From Chloroflexota bacterium (GTDB lineage: Bacteria > Chloroflexota > Anaerolineae > UBA2200), in NCBI GenBank assembly GCA_014360905.1, contig JACIWW010000012.1:8011-72010 (forward strand): 64,000 nucleotides of DNA. Reading direction: 5' to 3'. The position numbers were made by a program, and so were the translations under genes. The notes under the pieces are model-generated. The model did not search any database. It had not been told where the DNA came from and saw nothing but the letters and a program-made list of their open reading frames with translations. The stretch's first letter is position 1. Every line of letters starts with the position of its first letter. Positions 1-9,004 of the stretch are shown here, one piece after another.

Positions 1-3000
1 GTTCAAATTGGCTGTTTCCGCAGAGCACATTGCCGTGGATTTCGACCCCAGCCAGGCTGCCAGCATAAGTCCCTCCTGGGAAATAGATCCCTGCGTAGTT
101 GCCGGTGATGATGTTGCCGTAGATATCCACGCTGTCGTTCTTCCAGAGCTTCATGGCATCCGCTCGTCCTCCGATGGCGTCACGGCGGGAAACGTGCTGA
201 ATCCTGTTGTTGTACACATTCAGGTCGAGCGCATAGTTCACAATCAACGCTGCCCAGGTGCCAAATGGGACATTGTTGTTGCGGATGTAGGCAAAGCGAT
301 TGCCGTAGATGCTTACCGCTCTGGTCTTGGCTGCAGCACGTCCGCGCAGTGCGACGAGACCATCGCAATTGTGCACATAGTTATCGCCAAAGGTAACGAT
401 GTTCAGAGGCAAATCCCCCTCTTCGCTTGCGCCAAAGCCAAAGTTCACGTCCAGCACAGCCCAACCCAGGAGATTCTTGAACTCGTTGTTGGTGATGGTC
501 AGGTTGTCTCCAAAGCGCCTCCCGGCCAGGCCATGCCGATCGGCCACATTCTCCCCATCAATGACGCAATTGTCCAGAGTAAAGTTGTTGTTGGCGCCAG
601 TGTTGGTGCAGTTGATGACCTTATTGGAGCCGCCATCGCCTTTGAGATAGAGATTTTGCAACGTGAGGCCACTGATGGAGCTGTTCATCGCCATGCGCAC
701 TCCGCCGGTGACAATGGGACGGCTTGTTGCATCGCCGAGGACGGTTACGTTGTTCTTGTCGAACCCAGCGGCGAAAGTGAGCGTTTCGCCATACGTTCCG
801 GGCAACACATACACGATACTGCCCGAGACTAGATTCACGCCCTCTGTGATACGTCCAGTGCCACCGGTTTGCGGACTGTTGTCATCCACGTACAGCACGG
901 AGAAATCTCCCTGAAAGCCAGGCGCAGGGTCTATATCCGTGCCCGAATCCAGCCAGGGTGTATAATCCACGCTGGTGCCTGCCTTGTTTGCCACATCCAT
1001 CTGTTCGTTACTGCCCCACCAGTTGCCGGAGGCATCCGTCAGCGTGCCCAGGAGATGGTTCACTGCCAGCCCGCTGTTGCCTGCCAGGTTGTTCAAATTC
1101 ACGTGGGCTGTGCCCGAATGCAGGAGCACGCCGGCATTGTTGCCCGTGACAAAACTGTTCCTGATGGTGGCCGATCCGTTAGTTATGTCAATTCCTGTGG
1201 TATTGCCTGCGAAGGTGCATTCGCGGGCGTCGAGCGAGGCCTGCGAGCCCTGCACCAAGGCACCATAGGGGCTGCCTTGAACAACTGCCCCACCTCGCAG
1301 GTTCAGCGTAACGTTTTTCGTACCCGAGGCATGATCGTGCACCCGCACTCCCGCAGTGCCCGAATTGCGGATGGTCGTACCGCTCACCAGGAGCTGACTG
1401 GCTGCCGGTGCATCTCCGGAGACTTCGCTCTGGACACTGTAGTTGTGCAACCATACCCCAAAGTTGTTGCCCTCCAGCGTGCCACCGGTGATCGTCACTC
1501 CGCCCGTAGTGGCGATGTACCAAGCTTCGATGCCGGCATAGGCACCGCTGATGTTGTTGTCGAGCGCAGTTATGCTGGCTGTGTCGCGGATGGAAGTCAG
1601 CCACAAACCGGTGTTGTTCGCGGCGCCAAGGACGGTGGTCAGCTCGTTATCGCGCACGGTGAAGGGCGAAGCGCTGCCATAGTGGTCATGGAGCCAGATG
1701 CCAAGGCGATAGGACTGGATGCGGTTGTTGCGGATGAGCGCTGGTGAGCCGGCCACGCTCACATCATCCACCTGAATGCCCACGTAAACGCGGGTCAGCA
1801 CATTGCCGGAGACCTCAGCGTAGAAACTGTCTGGCATGAGGATGGCGCGTCCCAAGGGCGAGGAAGAGGGCATGTTGTCCAATAGGTTGTTCTGGATATA
1901 GTTGCCGGATGACCCGACATCCAAGCCACTGAGACAAATGCCACGGATGAGGTTCTTGAGGATATTGTTGCGTATGGTGATATTGCTCACGAGTGTGGAG
2001 TTGTTCTCGATGCCGGAACGGGCATTGGCATCTATGCCATTCAGGGAAATGCCCCCGCTGAGGTTGGGGTTGTCGCCGTCAATGGTGAATCCGTCTATGG
2101 TGACCGTGCTGCTCACCACATCTACGATAATGCCATTGGCGGTGTTGTTGACCTCCGGGACAAGCACGGCTTCAGGCCCACGGCTGCTCGTGTTGGGGTT
2201 GATGCCGGCGTTCGGCCCGTTCAAGATCACCGCTTTGTTCACCAGGAGGTTCTCGGCATACATGCCTGGCGCTACGTTGACGATGTCCGGGCTAGCGGCG
2301 GCATCTATGGCTGGTTGGATAGCCTCGAAGTGGTCGCGGCTGAGATCCCAAGTAACCTTGAACATGAAGATATTGCCATCGCCTCTGGCACTGCCATTCT
2401 TCTCCGAGCCATAGAAAAGGTACACGGTGGAGCCATCTACCAGGGCATCCGGCCACATGTCCCACCAGACCGTGGACTTGTAGCCCCCACTGGTAATGCG
2501 GCGCGGAACTGACCAAACGCTGCCATCGAGAGAAGTGATGACCCTGATTTGTTGGCGATCTGTTCCTCCAGCCCCTGGATCGCTCCACGGTGCCCAGAAC
2601 AACCCGTAACTTCCGCCCACCTGATAGAGGACAGGATCGTAGTCGAAATTGGGGCTAGCCCCGCCATCTACTATCTGCACGGGCGTGGACCATGTGCCGG
2701 CCATGCCGGTGGAAGAAGTAGTGAGCCAAATCTTGTCGGCGTTGGTATACACCACGTTGAACATGCCATTGCTTGCCTGTATTGCTCTAGGCACTCCACC
2801 GTAAGGCCCTGCCACGTGGATGCGCGAAGACCAGGTCAGACCGCCGTTAGCAGAGTAGATGGCGTCACAGGAAGAATCTGTTGCCTCGAAGAATATCCAG
2901 ATTTTGCCATCACGGGCCACGAGCGCGTCAATATGGTTGGCGAGCATGGTATTGGAAACCAAGGTTGGGCCACTCCAGGTGCCAGCGGAATATTTGTAAT

Positions 3001-3424
3001 AGCGGATCTTTTTGTCCGAACCCCCAAAGCCGCTGACGAACACCCAGATATTGCCTATGCCATCCTGAAAGGCGGCCACACTACGCTGGTTGGTTGAGGC
3101 CCGTGGTATCTTGGTGGGAGTGGACCAGGTATTGCCCTGATCGGTCGAAGTCATGTAGTAAATATCGTAACTATCGCTGTCAGGATCGTACCCTGGCCGC
3201 ACGTGCGGGGTGGCGGAATTCGCCCGTACAAAGAAGAGCCAGAAAGTGCCATCATAGGCTCTGAAGACGCTAGGGTTGCGCTCGTAGTGTGCGTCCATAG
3301 TGAGTTGCTTTGGTGCGCTGACCTCGAGGATGGTCGGTCCCTGGGCCATGACCGGGATACCCACCAGCAAAGAGGCGACGAGCAGCAGAGCGAAGATAAT
3401 GAAGAGCACTATTAGCCTTTTCAT
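1..3424 (-). CDS. Large secreted protein, 5'-partial in window (>1140 aa). Signal peptide, then Asp-box/BNR repeats (S-x-D-x-G-x-T-W), then long right-handed parallel beta-helix (PbH1-like NNxI/GN repeats) region. ORF runs off the left edge, which is why no stop-bounded ORF appears in the track.
   Basis: Reverse complement of 3361-3424 translates to MKRLIVLFIIFALLLVASLLVGIPVMAQ. GGAGG sits 7 nt upstream of the ATG. Asp-box motifs STDQGNTWS, SANGGLTWS and SLDGSVWS follow, then dozens of beta-helix-like repeats. No minus-strand ORF is listed in the track in this frame, consistent with an open frame continuing past position 1. Confidence 0.7.
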   Translation of the reverse strand, partial: MKRLIVLFIIFALLLVASLLVGIPVMAQGPTILEVSAPKQLTMDAHYERNPSVFRAYDGTFWLFFVRANSATPHVRPGYDPDSDSYDIYYMTSTDQGNTWSTPTKIPRASTNQRSVAAFQDGIGNIWVFVSGFGGSDKKIRYYKYSAGTWSGPTLVSNTMLANHIDALVARDGKIWIFFEATDSSCDAIYSANGGLTWSSRIHVAGPYGGVPRAIQASNGMFNVVYTNADKIWLTTSSTGMAGTWSTPVQIVDGGASPNFDYDPVLYQVGGSYGLFWAPWSDPGAGGTDRQQIRVITSLDGSVWSVPRRITSGGYKSTVWWDMWPDALVDGSTVYLFYGSEKNGSARGDGNIFMFKVTWDLSRDHFEAIQPAIDAAASPDIVNVAPGMYAENLLVNKAVILNGPNAGINPNTSSRGPEAVLVPEVNNTANGIIVDVVSSTVTIDGFTIDGDNPNLSGGISLNGIDANARSGIENNSTLVSNITIRNNILKNLIRGICLSGLDVGSSGNYIQNNLLDNMPSSSPLGRAILMPDSFYAEVSGNVLTRVYVGIQVDDVSVAGSPALIRNNRIQSYRLGIWLHDHYGSASPFTVRDNELTTVLGAANNTGLWLTSIRDTASITALDNNISGAYAGIEAWYIATTGGVTITGGTLEGNNFGVWLHNYSVQSEVSGDAPAASQLLVSGTTIRNSGTAGVRVHDHASGTKNVTLNLRGGAVVQGSPYGALVQGSQASLDARECTFAGNTTGIDITNGSATIRNSFVTGNNAGVLLHSGTAHVNLNNLAGNSGLAVNHLLGTLTDASGNWWGSNEQMDVANKAGTSVDYTPWLDSGTDIDPAPGFQGDFSVLYVDDNSPQTGGTGRITEGVNLVSGSIVYVLPGTYGETLTFAAGFDKNNVTVLGDATSRPIVTGGVRMAMNSSISGLTLQNLYLKGDGGSNKVINCTNTGANNNFTLDNCVIDGENVADRHGLAGRRFGDNLTITNNEFKNLLGWAVLDVNFGFGASEEGDLPLNIVTFGDNYVHNCDGLVALRGRAAAKTRAVSIYGNRFAYIRNNNVPFGTWAALIVNYALDLNVYNNRIQHVSRRDAIGGRADAMKLWKNDSVDIYGNIITGNYAGIYFPGGTYAGSLAGVEIHGNVLCGNSQFE

Positions 3425-3654
3425 GGAACTTGCCTCCTTCAGCAATTGAGCAGCACAGGCAATATCTATAGCAACTGTGCCTGCTTCTTATCCCCCCATT
3501 CAGCCACTTTCCTATCCATATCTATAGCATACCAAGATGAAAAGTGCATGAAAAATACATACCAATTAGATGAAAAGAATGCAACAATCTAAATCTGACA
3601 GGCCTGGGAGAACTGTCAGGTTCGCAATGAATGGCGAGAAGCAACCAGGGATTT

Positions 3655-3955
3655 CCAATACCTGGTATTGCTGCTCAGCGTGGGCAACAGCCCACGCAAA
3701 AAGCCCCTCTCCTACAGCGTAGGAGAGGGTGGCCGGGGGTGAGGCAATCCAAGCGCTGAAGCGCTCACTACAAACCCGCCCAGGGGACGGCGGACTGTGT
3801 TGTCCGCCTGAAGCAGGGATTGCAGGGCACGGCCGGGGAATGAATTCCCTGGCTGAAGATGAGAAGCCCCTGCATGGGACTTGTCATTGAGCGCTTCAGC
3901 GCTTACCGCGAACCTAGCGCTGAAGCGCTCGCTACGAATTCGGACCAAAACTGCA
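3655..3955. repeat. Cluster of mosaic palindromic intergenic repeat modules (REP/BIME-like): GTGGGCAACAGCCCACGC, CCCCTCTCCTAC-AGC-GTAGGAGAGGGG, GAGCGCTGAAGCGCTC, GGCGGACTGTTGTCCGCC, CCAGGGAATTCCCTGG
   Basis: The same hairpin modules recur at 4825-4975, 6300-6600 (inverted), 8725-8925, 15445-15600, 29155-29350, 40566-40925 and 41085-41180. Confidence 0.8.
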
Positions 3956-4362
3956 CAATTTTTCTACATTATCTCCATCGCGACTCCACATCTTGGCGGT
4001 ATCCTATATGCGAAAACAGGGGGACAGGTTTCCAAAGATGAAACTGGGAGCTTGTCGCTAGAGTGTAGCCCCCGCCATCAAATGAAAAGAGCAGAAAGGG
4101 AAGGAAAACCCAGTATGCCTTCACCAGCGCTCCCAGTGGCGAGCAGCAAACAGTGTCGCTGGGAACTATATGCACCAGTCTGTAAGGGAGTCTGACCAGC
4201 TACCCTACAGACCCTCCTCCTTACTGAGCTGGGGAGTCCTCAGCTCTAAGGGGCGGTCGAGCGGCACCTTAGCTCGGCTGCCTCTTGGCGTCTTAATCGA
4301 AATGCTCTGGTGTATGCTGTCCCATGCAATGCTCAACGATTACTCATCAAGGGAGATTTGAC

Positions 4363-4752
4363 ATGACAAGCAATGATATGAAGAACAAAACAATTACACG
4401 CAGGGAATTCCTGCGTCTAGGTGGTTTGACCATAGCGGCAGTTGGCGTGCTGCTGACCGGATGTCGTCCAGTGACGAACAACGAAACGCCCTCTGACGCT
4501 AAAGTTCCAGCCGATACACAGTTCACATTGGCCACGGCCACGCCCGCAGTACAGCAGAGCGCCGGCGCAAGCCAGGGTGCTATGCCCACGGCCACTCCAA
4601 CAACGGAGCAGATAGTCTTTGTGGCATGCCCAGTCGGGAGGGTCAACGATCCCTACCCCGGGCGATGCGCGCGCTATCGGGATAGCAATAACAATGGATA
4701 CTGTGACTTCTCCGAGCCTGGCTCAGGGAACGTGCCCGCACGAGAAAGCTGA
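4363..4752 (+). CDS. Small TAT-signal lipoprotein with Cys-rich C-terminus ([28 protein letters not shown]), function unknown
   Basis: AGGGAG RBS before ATG at 4363. Twin-arginine motif [10 protein letters not shown]. Lipobox LLTGC. Confidence 0.5.
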   Translation: MTSNDMKNKTITRREFLRLGGLTIAAVGVLLTGCRPVTNNETPSDAKVPADTQFTLATATPAVQQSAGASQGAMPTATPTTEQIVFVACPVGRVNDPYPGRCARYRDSNNNGYCDFSEPGSGNVPARES

Positions 4753-4824
4753 GCGTGGCCAAGCCGAAGAGAGTATAGTAGCCTTCCCTTGCTGCGGCAG
4801 TGCGCAATGACAGATGGCTCGGCG

Positions 4825-4975
4825 TGGGCAATAGCCCACGCAAAAAGCCCCTCTCCTACAGCGTAGGAGAGGGGGCCGGGGGTGAGGCAATCCAAGCGCT
4901 GAAGCGCTCACTACAAACCCGCGCCAGGGGACGGCGGACTGTTGTCCGCCTGAAGCAGGTATTACGGGCGGCTTT
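4825..4975. repeat. REP-like palindromic module cluster (same family as 3655-3955)
   Basis: Near-identical to 3690-3830: GTGGGCAATAGCCCACGC...CCCCTCTCCTACAGCGTAGGAGAGGGGG...GCGCTGAAGCGCTCACTACAAACC...GGCGGACTGTTGTCCGCC...GGCGGCTTTGCTAGCCGCC. Confidence 0.8.
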
Positions 4976-4976
4976 G

Positions 4977-6191
4977 CTAGCCGCCTTCCTTTGCTCTGCC
5001 GTGCCTTCCTACTGCCATCATAGTAGCGATGGCTAGTAGGAAGCCAAGCGTCGCTACCCCGAACGGCATGCGCAATCCCCAGGAAGCCGCAGCGGCTGCG
5101 CCCAGAGTTGGGCCAATGGCACTAGCCAGCGATACGACGCTGGATTGTAGCCCAAAGACCGCACCATGGCGTCCATCCGGCGCAGCATCAGCCAAAGCGG
5201 TGCTCAGCGCTACCAGGATGGCTCCAACGGCAAAACCTTCCACAGCTCTCAGCAGCAGCAACTGCATTGGGCTGTTGGAAAAGCCCTGCAGGGCACAACA
5301 AAGGGCATTCGTGACCAGGCAAACCAGCAATAGCCTCCGCGTCCCAATGCGTGTGCCATAGCGCCCCGCAATAACGGAACCGACCGCTGTAGTTGCCATG
5401 TAGATGCTGTTGATCACTCCCACCGTCGAGGCGATCTTTGCCTCTGCGGGCACCAAGGATTGCACGAACAAGGGCAGCATGGGGCTCACCGCACGTAAAG
5501 AGGAAGAAATCAATAGACGCATGCCAAACACAGAGAGCACCCCAGGCGAGCATAACACTTGACGCAGCCCTTCCAGGAACGAATCCCCCTCCTTCTTCAG
5601 GCTCGCTCGTACTTCGCGCACCATCACCGCTACCAGCAGTCCACCTGCCCCCAGTAAGACCCCCGTGATGAGGAAACATGCCCGGTAGCCCCAGATATCT
5701 GCTACAAATCCGCCCACCGCTGGGCCGAGCGATTCTCCCAAGTAAACGCCCATCTGCAGCATGCCCAAAGCGAACGCGCGCATGGCACCTGGCGTGCCGG
5801 CAGCCACCAAGGTGAAGGATGCCGCCACCGTGCCTGTTACCGCACCCTGCAAGACGCGCAGCACGAGAAGCTGGTGGACATTGCGCACAAAAGCCATCGC
5901 CCCAAGGACCAAAGCACCGCCGAACATGGCGCGCTGCAGCATCAGTTTCCGCCCCAGGCGGTCGGACAGCGAACCCCAGATGGGCCCCATGATGCCCATG
6001 GAGATGGCATTCGCCGAATAGAGCAAGCCAGTCCACAGTTCCACCTGCCCAGGCCCTGTGATGCCCAACTCTTGCACATAATAGGGTAAAAAGGGTAGTG
6101 CCGCATCAAAGCCCATGAGTGCCAGTACTTCGGCCAACCACACCACGTACAAGTTGCGTCGCCAATTGAGCTGCGATGACTCTTCTGCCAT
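4977..6191 (-). CDS. MFS transporter (12-TM major facilitator)
   Basis: 404-aa ORF. Hydrophobic helices throughout. Typical MFS motifs GSLSDRLGRK and GRYGTR. Confidence 0.8.
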   Translation of the reverse strand: MAEESSQLNWRRNLYVVWLAEVLALMGFDAALPFLPYYVQELGITGPGQVELWTGLLYSANAISMGIMGPIWGSLSDRLGRKLMLQRAMFGGALVLGAMAFVRNVHQLLVLRVLQGAVTGTVAASFTLVAAGTPGAMRAFALGMLQMGVYLGESLGPAVGGFVADIWGYRACFLITGVLLGAGGLLVAVMVREVRASLKKEGDSFLEGLRQVLCSPGVLSVFGMRLLISSSLRAVSPMLPLFVQSLVPAEAKIASTVGVINSIYMATTAVGSVIAGRYGTRIGTRRLLLVCLVTNALCCALQGFSNSPMQLLLLRAVEGFAVGAILVALSTALADAAPDGRHGAVFGLQSSVVSLASAIGPTLGAAAAASWGLRMPFGVATLGFLLAIATMMAVGRHGRAKEGG

Positions 6192-6299
6192 GTTTTTTCT
6201 TCGTCCTTGTGCCAGCGTGATAACGAGGCTATTCTAGGGCAAAATAGTGCACTTTCCAAACCACGAATCTAACCATCATTGCGAGCCACCACAAACGGC

Positions 6300-6600
6300 A
6301 GGGTTTGCTCTAGGCGGACAACAGTCCGCCGTCCCCTGGCGGGTTTGTAGTGAGCGCTTCAGCGCTTGGATTGCCTCACCCCCAGCCCCTCTCCTACGCT
6401 GTAGGAGAGGGGCTTTTTGCGTGGGCTGTTGCCCACGCCGAGTAGGGGGGCGTAATTCAATTGCGCCCCTACAGCGCTCATCGGCGCCAGGGATTGAAAT
6501 CCCTGGCTAAAAATGACAAGCCCCTTCAGGGGCTTCTCGTGGCGTGGGCTGTTGCCCATGCCGAGCAAGGATGGCTAGCAAAGCCGCCCTACGGACTGCT
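6300..6600. repeat. REP-like palindromic module cluster (inverted orientation relative to 3655-3955), includes CCAGGGATTGAAATCCCTGG and AAGCCCCTTCAGGGGCTT hairpins
   Basis: Reverse-complement copies of the 4825-4975 modules plus two further hairpin modules. Confidence 0.8.
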
Positions 6601-6646
6601 TTGCTTGTTTTGAATCAGCGCTTTATAATCCCCCTGGAGGTGCAAC

Positions 6647-7024
6647 ATGACAAGCCATCGCTGGATCGAGGAATTCCCAGCTGCCATCACCGTTTGCGAT
6701 GACCAAGGCATCATCCTGGAGATGAACGATCGCGCTGCACAGGTTTTTGCCAAAGAAGGCGGCCGGAAATTGATCGGGACCAATTTGCTCGATTGCCATC
6801 CGGAGCCAGCGCGCACCAAACTCAAGCGCTTGATGGAAACGCAATCCACGAACATCTATACCATCGAGAAAGGCGGCGTGCACAAGCTCATCTACCAGTC
6901 CCCCTGGTATGAAAACGGACGGTACCGCGGACTTGTGGAATTGTCCTTTGAGATTCCTGCTCAAGTACCCCATTTCATCCGCGACGTTTCAGCACAGAGG
7001 TCACAGGCAAAGGAGGTTTCATGA
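6647..7024 (+). CDS. Small PAS-domain protein
   Basis: 125 aa. PAS-like core (ITVCDDQGIILEMNDRAAQVF...GTNLLDCHPE). 4-nt overlap (ATGA) with the downstream ABC ATPase. Confidence 0.5.
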   Translation: MTSHRWIEEFPAAITVCDDQGIILEMNDRAAQVFAKEGGRKLIGTNLLDCHPEPARTKLKRLMETQSTNIYTIEKGGVHKLIYQSPWYENGRYRGLVELSFEIPAQVPHFIRDVSAQRSQAKEVS

Positions 7025-7929
7025 ACGACATCGTCATACACACGGAAAACCTGACCAAGTTCTATGGGCGGCGACGTGGCATCATTGATCTCAGTTTTGA
7101 GATTCAGCAAGGAGAAGTGTTTGGCTACCTTGGCCCCAATGGGGCGGGCAAAACGACCACCATCCGCACTCTGCTGGATTTCATCCGCCCGACGCGCGGT
7201 CATGCTACCATCTTCGGACTGGACACACGACGGGGTAGTCGTGAGATCCGCCGCCTTGTGGGCTACCTGCCCGGCGAACTGGCGCTGTACAATAACTTGA
7301 CCGGCGCCGAATTCCTCCGCTATATGGGATACCTGCGTGGCGGTGTGAAATGGCGCTTTGTGGAGGAGTTGTCCGAGCGGCTAGGGTCAGACCTGTCACA
7401 GCCCATCCGCATCCTCTCGCACGGCAATAAGCAAAAGCTCGGTCTTATCCAGGCATTCATGCACAAACCAGAGTTGCTCATCCTGGACGAGCCAACGCTG
7501 GGATTGGACCCGCTGGTGCAACAGGAATTCTACCGCCTAGTAGCGGAAGCCAGAAAGGAAGGGCGAACGGTGTTCCTTTCCTCGCATATCTTGCCTGAAG
7601 TGGAACGCATCTGCGACCGCGTGGGCATCATCCGCAGGGGGAAGCTCATCGCAGTGGAGGAAATTGCCACATTGAAAACACGCGCTCTGCGCCGATTGGA
7701 GATTCACTTTGCCGAACCAGTTGCGTCCTATCATTTCTCCCAATTGAGTGGGGTTCACGATCTGCACGTGACGGACAATGTAGTGCGTTGTACCATTAAA
7801 GGGAGCGTGGATGCGCTCATCAAAGCCGCGGCACAGTTCGAGGTCATCAACGTTATCAGCCAGGAGCCAAGCCTGGAGGAGATCTTCCTGGCGTACTACA
7901 ACACTGGGGAGGGGCGCGATGTTGCGTAA
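7021..7929 (+). CDS. ABC transporter ATP-binding protein (ABC-2 exporter type)
   Basis: Walker A GPNGAGKTT, signature LSHGNKQKL, Walker B LLILDEPT. GGAGG RBS. Confidence 0.9.
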   Translation: MNDIVIHTENLTKFYGRRRGIIDLSFEIQQGEVFGYLGPNGAGKTTTIRTLLDFIRPTRGHATIFGLDTRRGSREIRRLVGYLPGELALYNNLTGAEFLRYMGYLRGGVKWRFVEELSERLGSDLSQPIRILSHGNKQKLGLIQAFMHKPELLILDEPTLGLDPLVQQEFYRLVAEARKEGRTVFLSSHILPEVERICDRVGIIRRGKLIAVEEIATLKTRALRRLEIHFAEPVASYHFSQLSGVHDLHVTDNVVRCTIKGSVDALIKAAAQFEVINVISQEPSLEEIFLAYYNTGEGRDVA

Positions 7930-8722
7930 CGTGTTCGTGAAGAATCTGCGCGATCAGCGTAAGGCCATGTTTTGGTGGGTGCTGGGTCTACTGATCCTGG
8001 TCATGTATCTTATCTGGTTCTACCCTGGCTTCCGCGATCGAGGCGCTTTCGTGAACGAGTACATCCAACAGTTGCCTCCGGCGCTGAGAGCCACTTTCAT
8101 GGGTGAGCTAACCGACTTTACCTCACCAGAGGGCTATCTCAACACAGAAATGTTCTTTTTCACGATGCCCATGTTGCTCCTCATCTTCACCATTGGCTTT
8201 GGCAGTGCGGCCATTGCCGGGGAAGAGGAGCGGGGCACTTTGGATTTGCTGCTGGCCAACCCCATCCCGCGCTGGCGCGTGGTGCTGGAAAAATGGGCTG
8301 CGTTGCTTGTCCTGAGCGGCGCTTTGGTAGGGGTCGTCTGGCTTGGGGTGTTGGCGAGCGTGCAGTTTGTCGAGCTGGAGATCAACTTTGCATACCTGGC
8401 ACAGGCCTTTGTGAGCCTATGGCTCCTGAGCCTGACTTTCGGCACGTTGGCCCTGGCTCTGGGCAGCATTCGTGGTAGGCGTGGGCTGAGCGCAGGCGTG
8501 ACCAGCGCATTGGCAGTGGCAGCTTACTTCCTCAATTCGCTGGCGCCCCTCACGGACACGCTCAAGCCATATCGCAAGCTGTCCCTCTTCTACTACTACA
8601 TCGGCGCTGACCCGCTGAGCAACGGACTCGACGTCGGTCACGCCGCGGTTCTAGTCGGGGTGACGGTCATGCTGGCCGTGGTGGCTCTGGTCGCCTTCCA
8701 TTGGCGGGATGTGGGCGTGTAA
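7919..8722 (+). CDS. ABC-2 family transporter permease
   Basis: ATG at 7919 overlaps the ATPase stop. Six hydrophobic segments. ABC-2 permease-like topology. Confidence 0.7.
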   Translation: MLRNVFVKNLRDQRKAMFWWVLGLLILVMYLIWFYPGFRDRGAFVNEYIQQLPPALRATFMGELTDFTSPEGYLNTEMFFFTMPMLLLIFTIGFGSAAIAGEEERGTLDLLLANPIPRWRVVLEKWAALLVLSGALVGVVWLGVLASVQFVELEINFAYLAQAFVSLWLLSLTFGTLALALGSIRGRRGLSAGVTSALAVAAYFLNSLAPLTDTLKPYRKLSLFYYYIGADPLSNGLDVGHAAVLVGVTVMLAVVALVAFHWRDVGV

Positions 8723-8724
8723 AG

Positions 8725-8925
8725 CCAAGCGAGCGCGCTGAAGCGCACACTACGAACCCAACAGGAAAGGGGCGGCTAGAAAAGCCGTCTCTACCCCTTC
8801 ACGCTCCAGGCGGACAACAGCCCGCCGTTCCCTGGCGTGGGCTGTTGCCCACGTCGAGCAGAAAGAGGCGGCTAGAAAAGCCGCCCTACCCCTTCACGCT
8901 CCAGGCGGACAACATCCTCAGAAAA
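8725..8925. repeat. REP-like module cluster (GCGCTGAAGCGC, GGCGGCTAGAAAAGCCG, GGCGGACAACAGCCCGCC, GTGGGCTGTTGCCCAC)
   Basis: Same hairpin modules as the other clusters. GGCGGCTAGAAAAGCCGCC occurs twice. Confidence 0.8.
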
Positions 8926-9004
8926 TTTGACTTGAACAAAACATTTCACTATAATATTCTGACCCATCCCGTATATCAAGCATGAGGAAAGAGCAGAGGC
9001 AAGA

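Noticed and set aside
8-3097. Plus-strand ORFs 8..832, 869..1747, 1902..2414, 2549..3097 and the small minus ORFs in the same span
   Set aside because: Their products are low-complexity V/A/D/G-rich antisense translations. The real gene is the uninterrupted minus-strand frame ending at 3424, with signal peptide, RBS and coherent Asp-box/beta-helix repeats.
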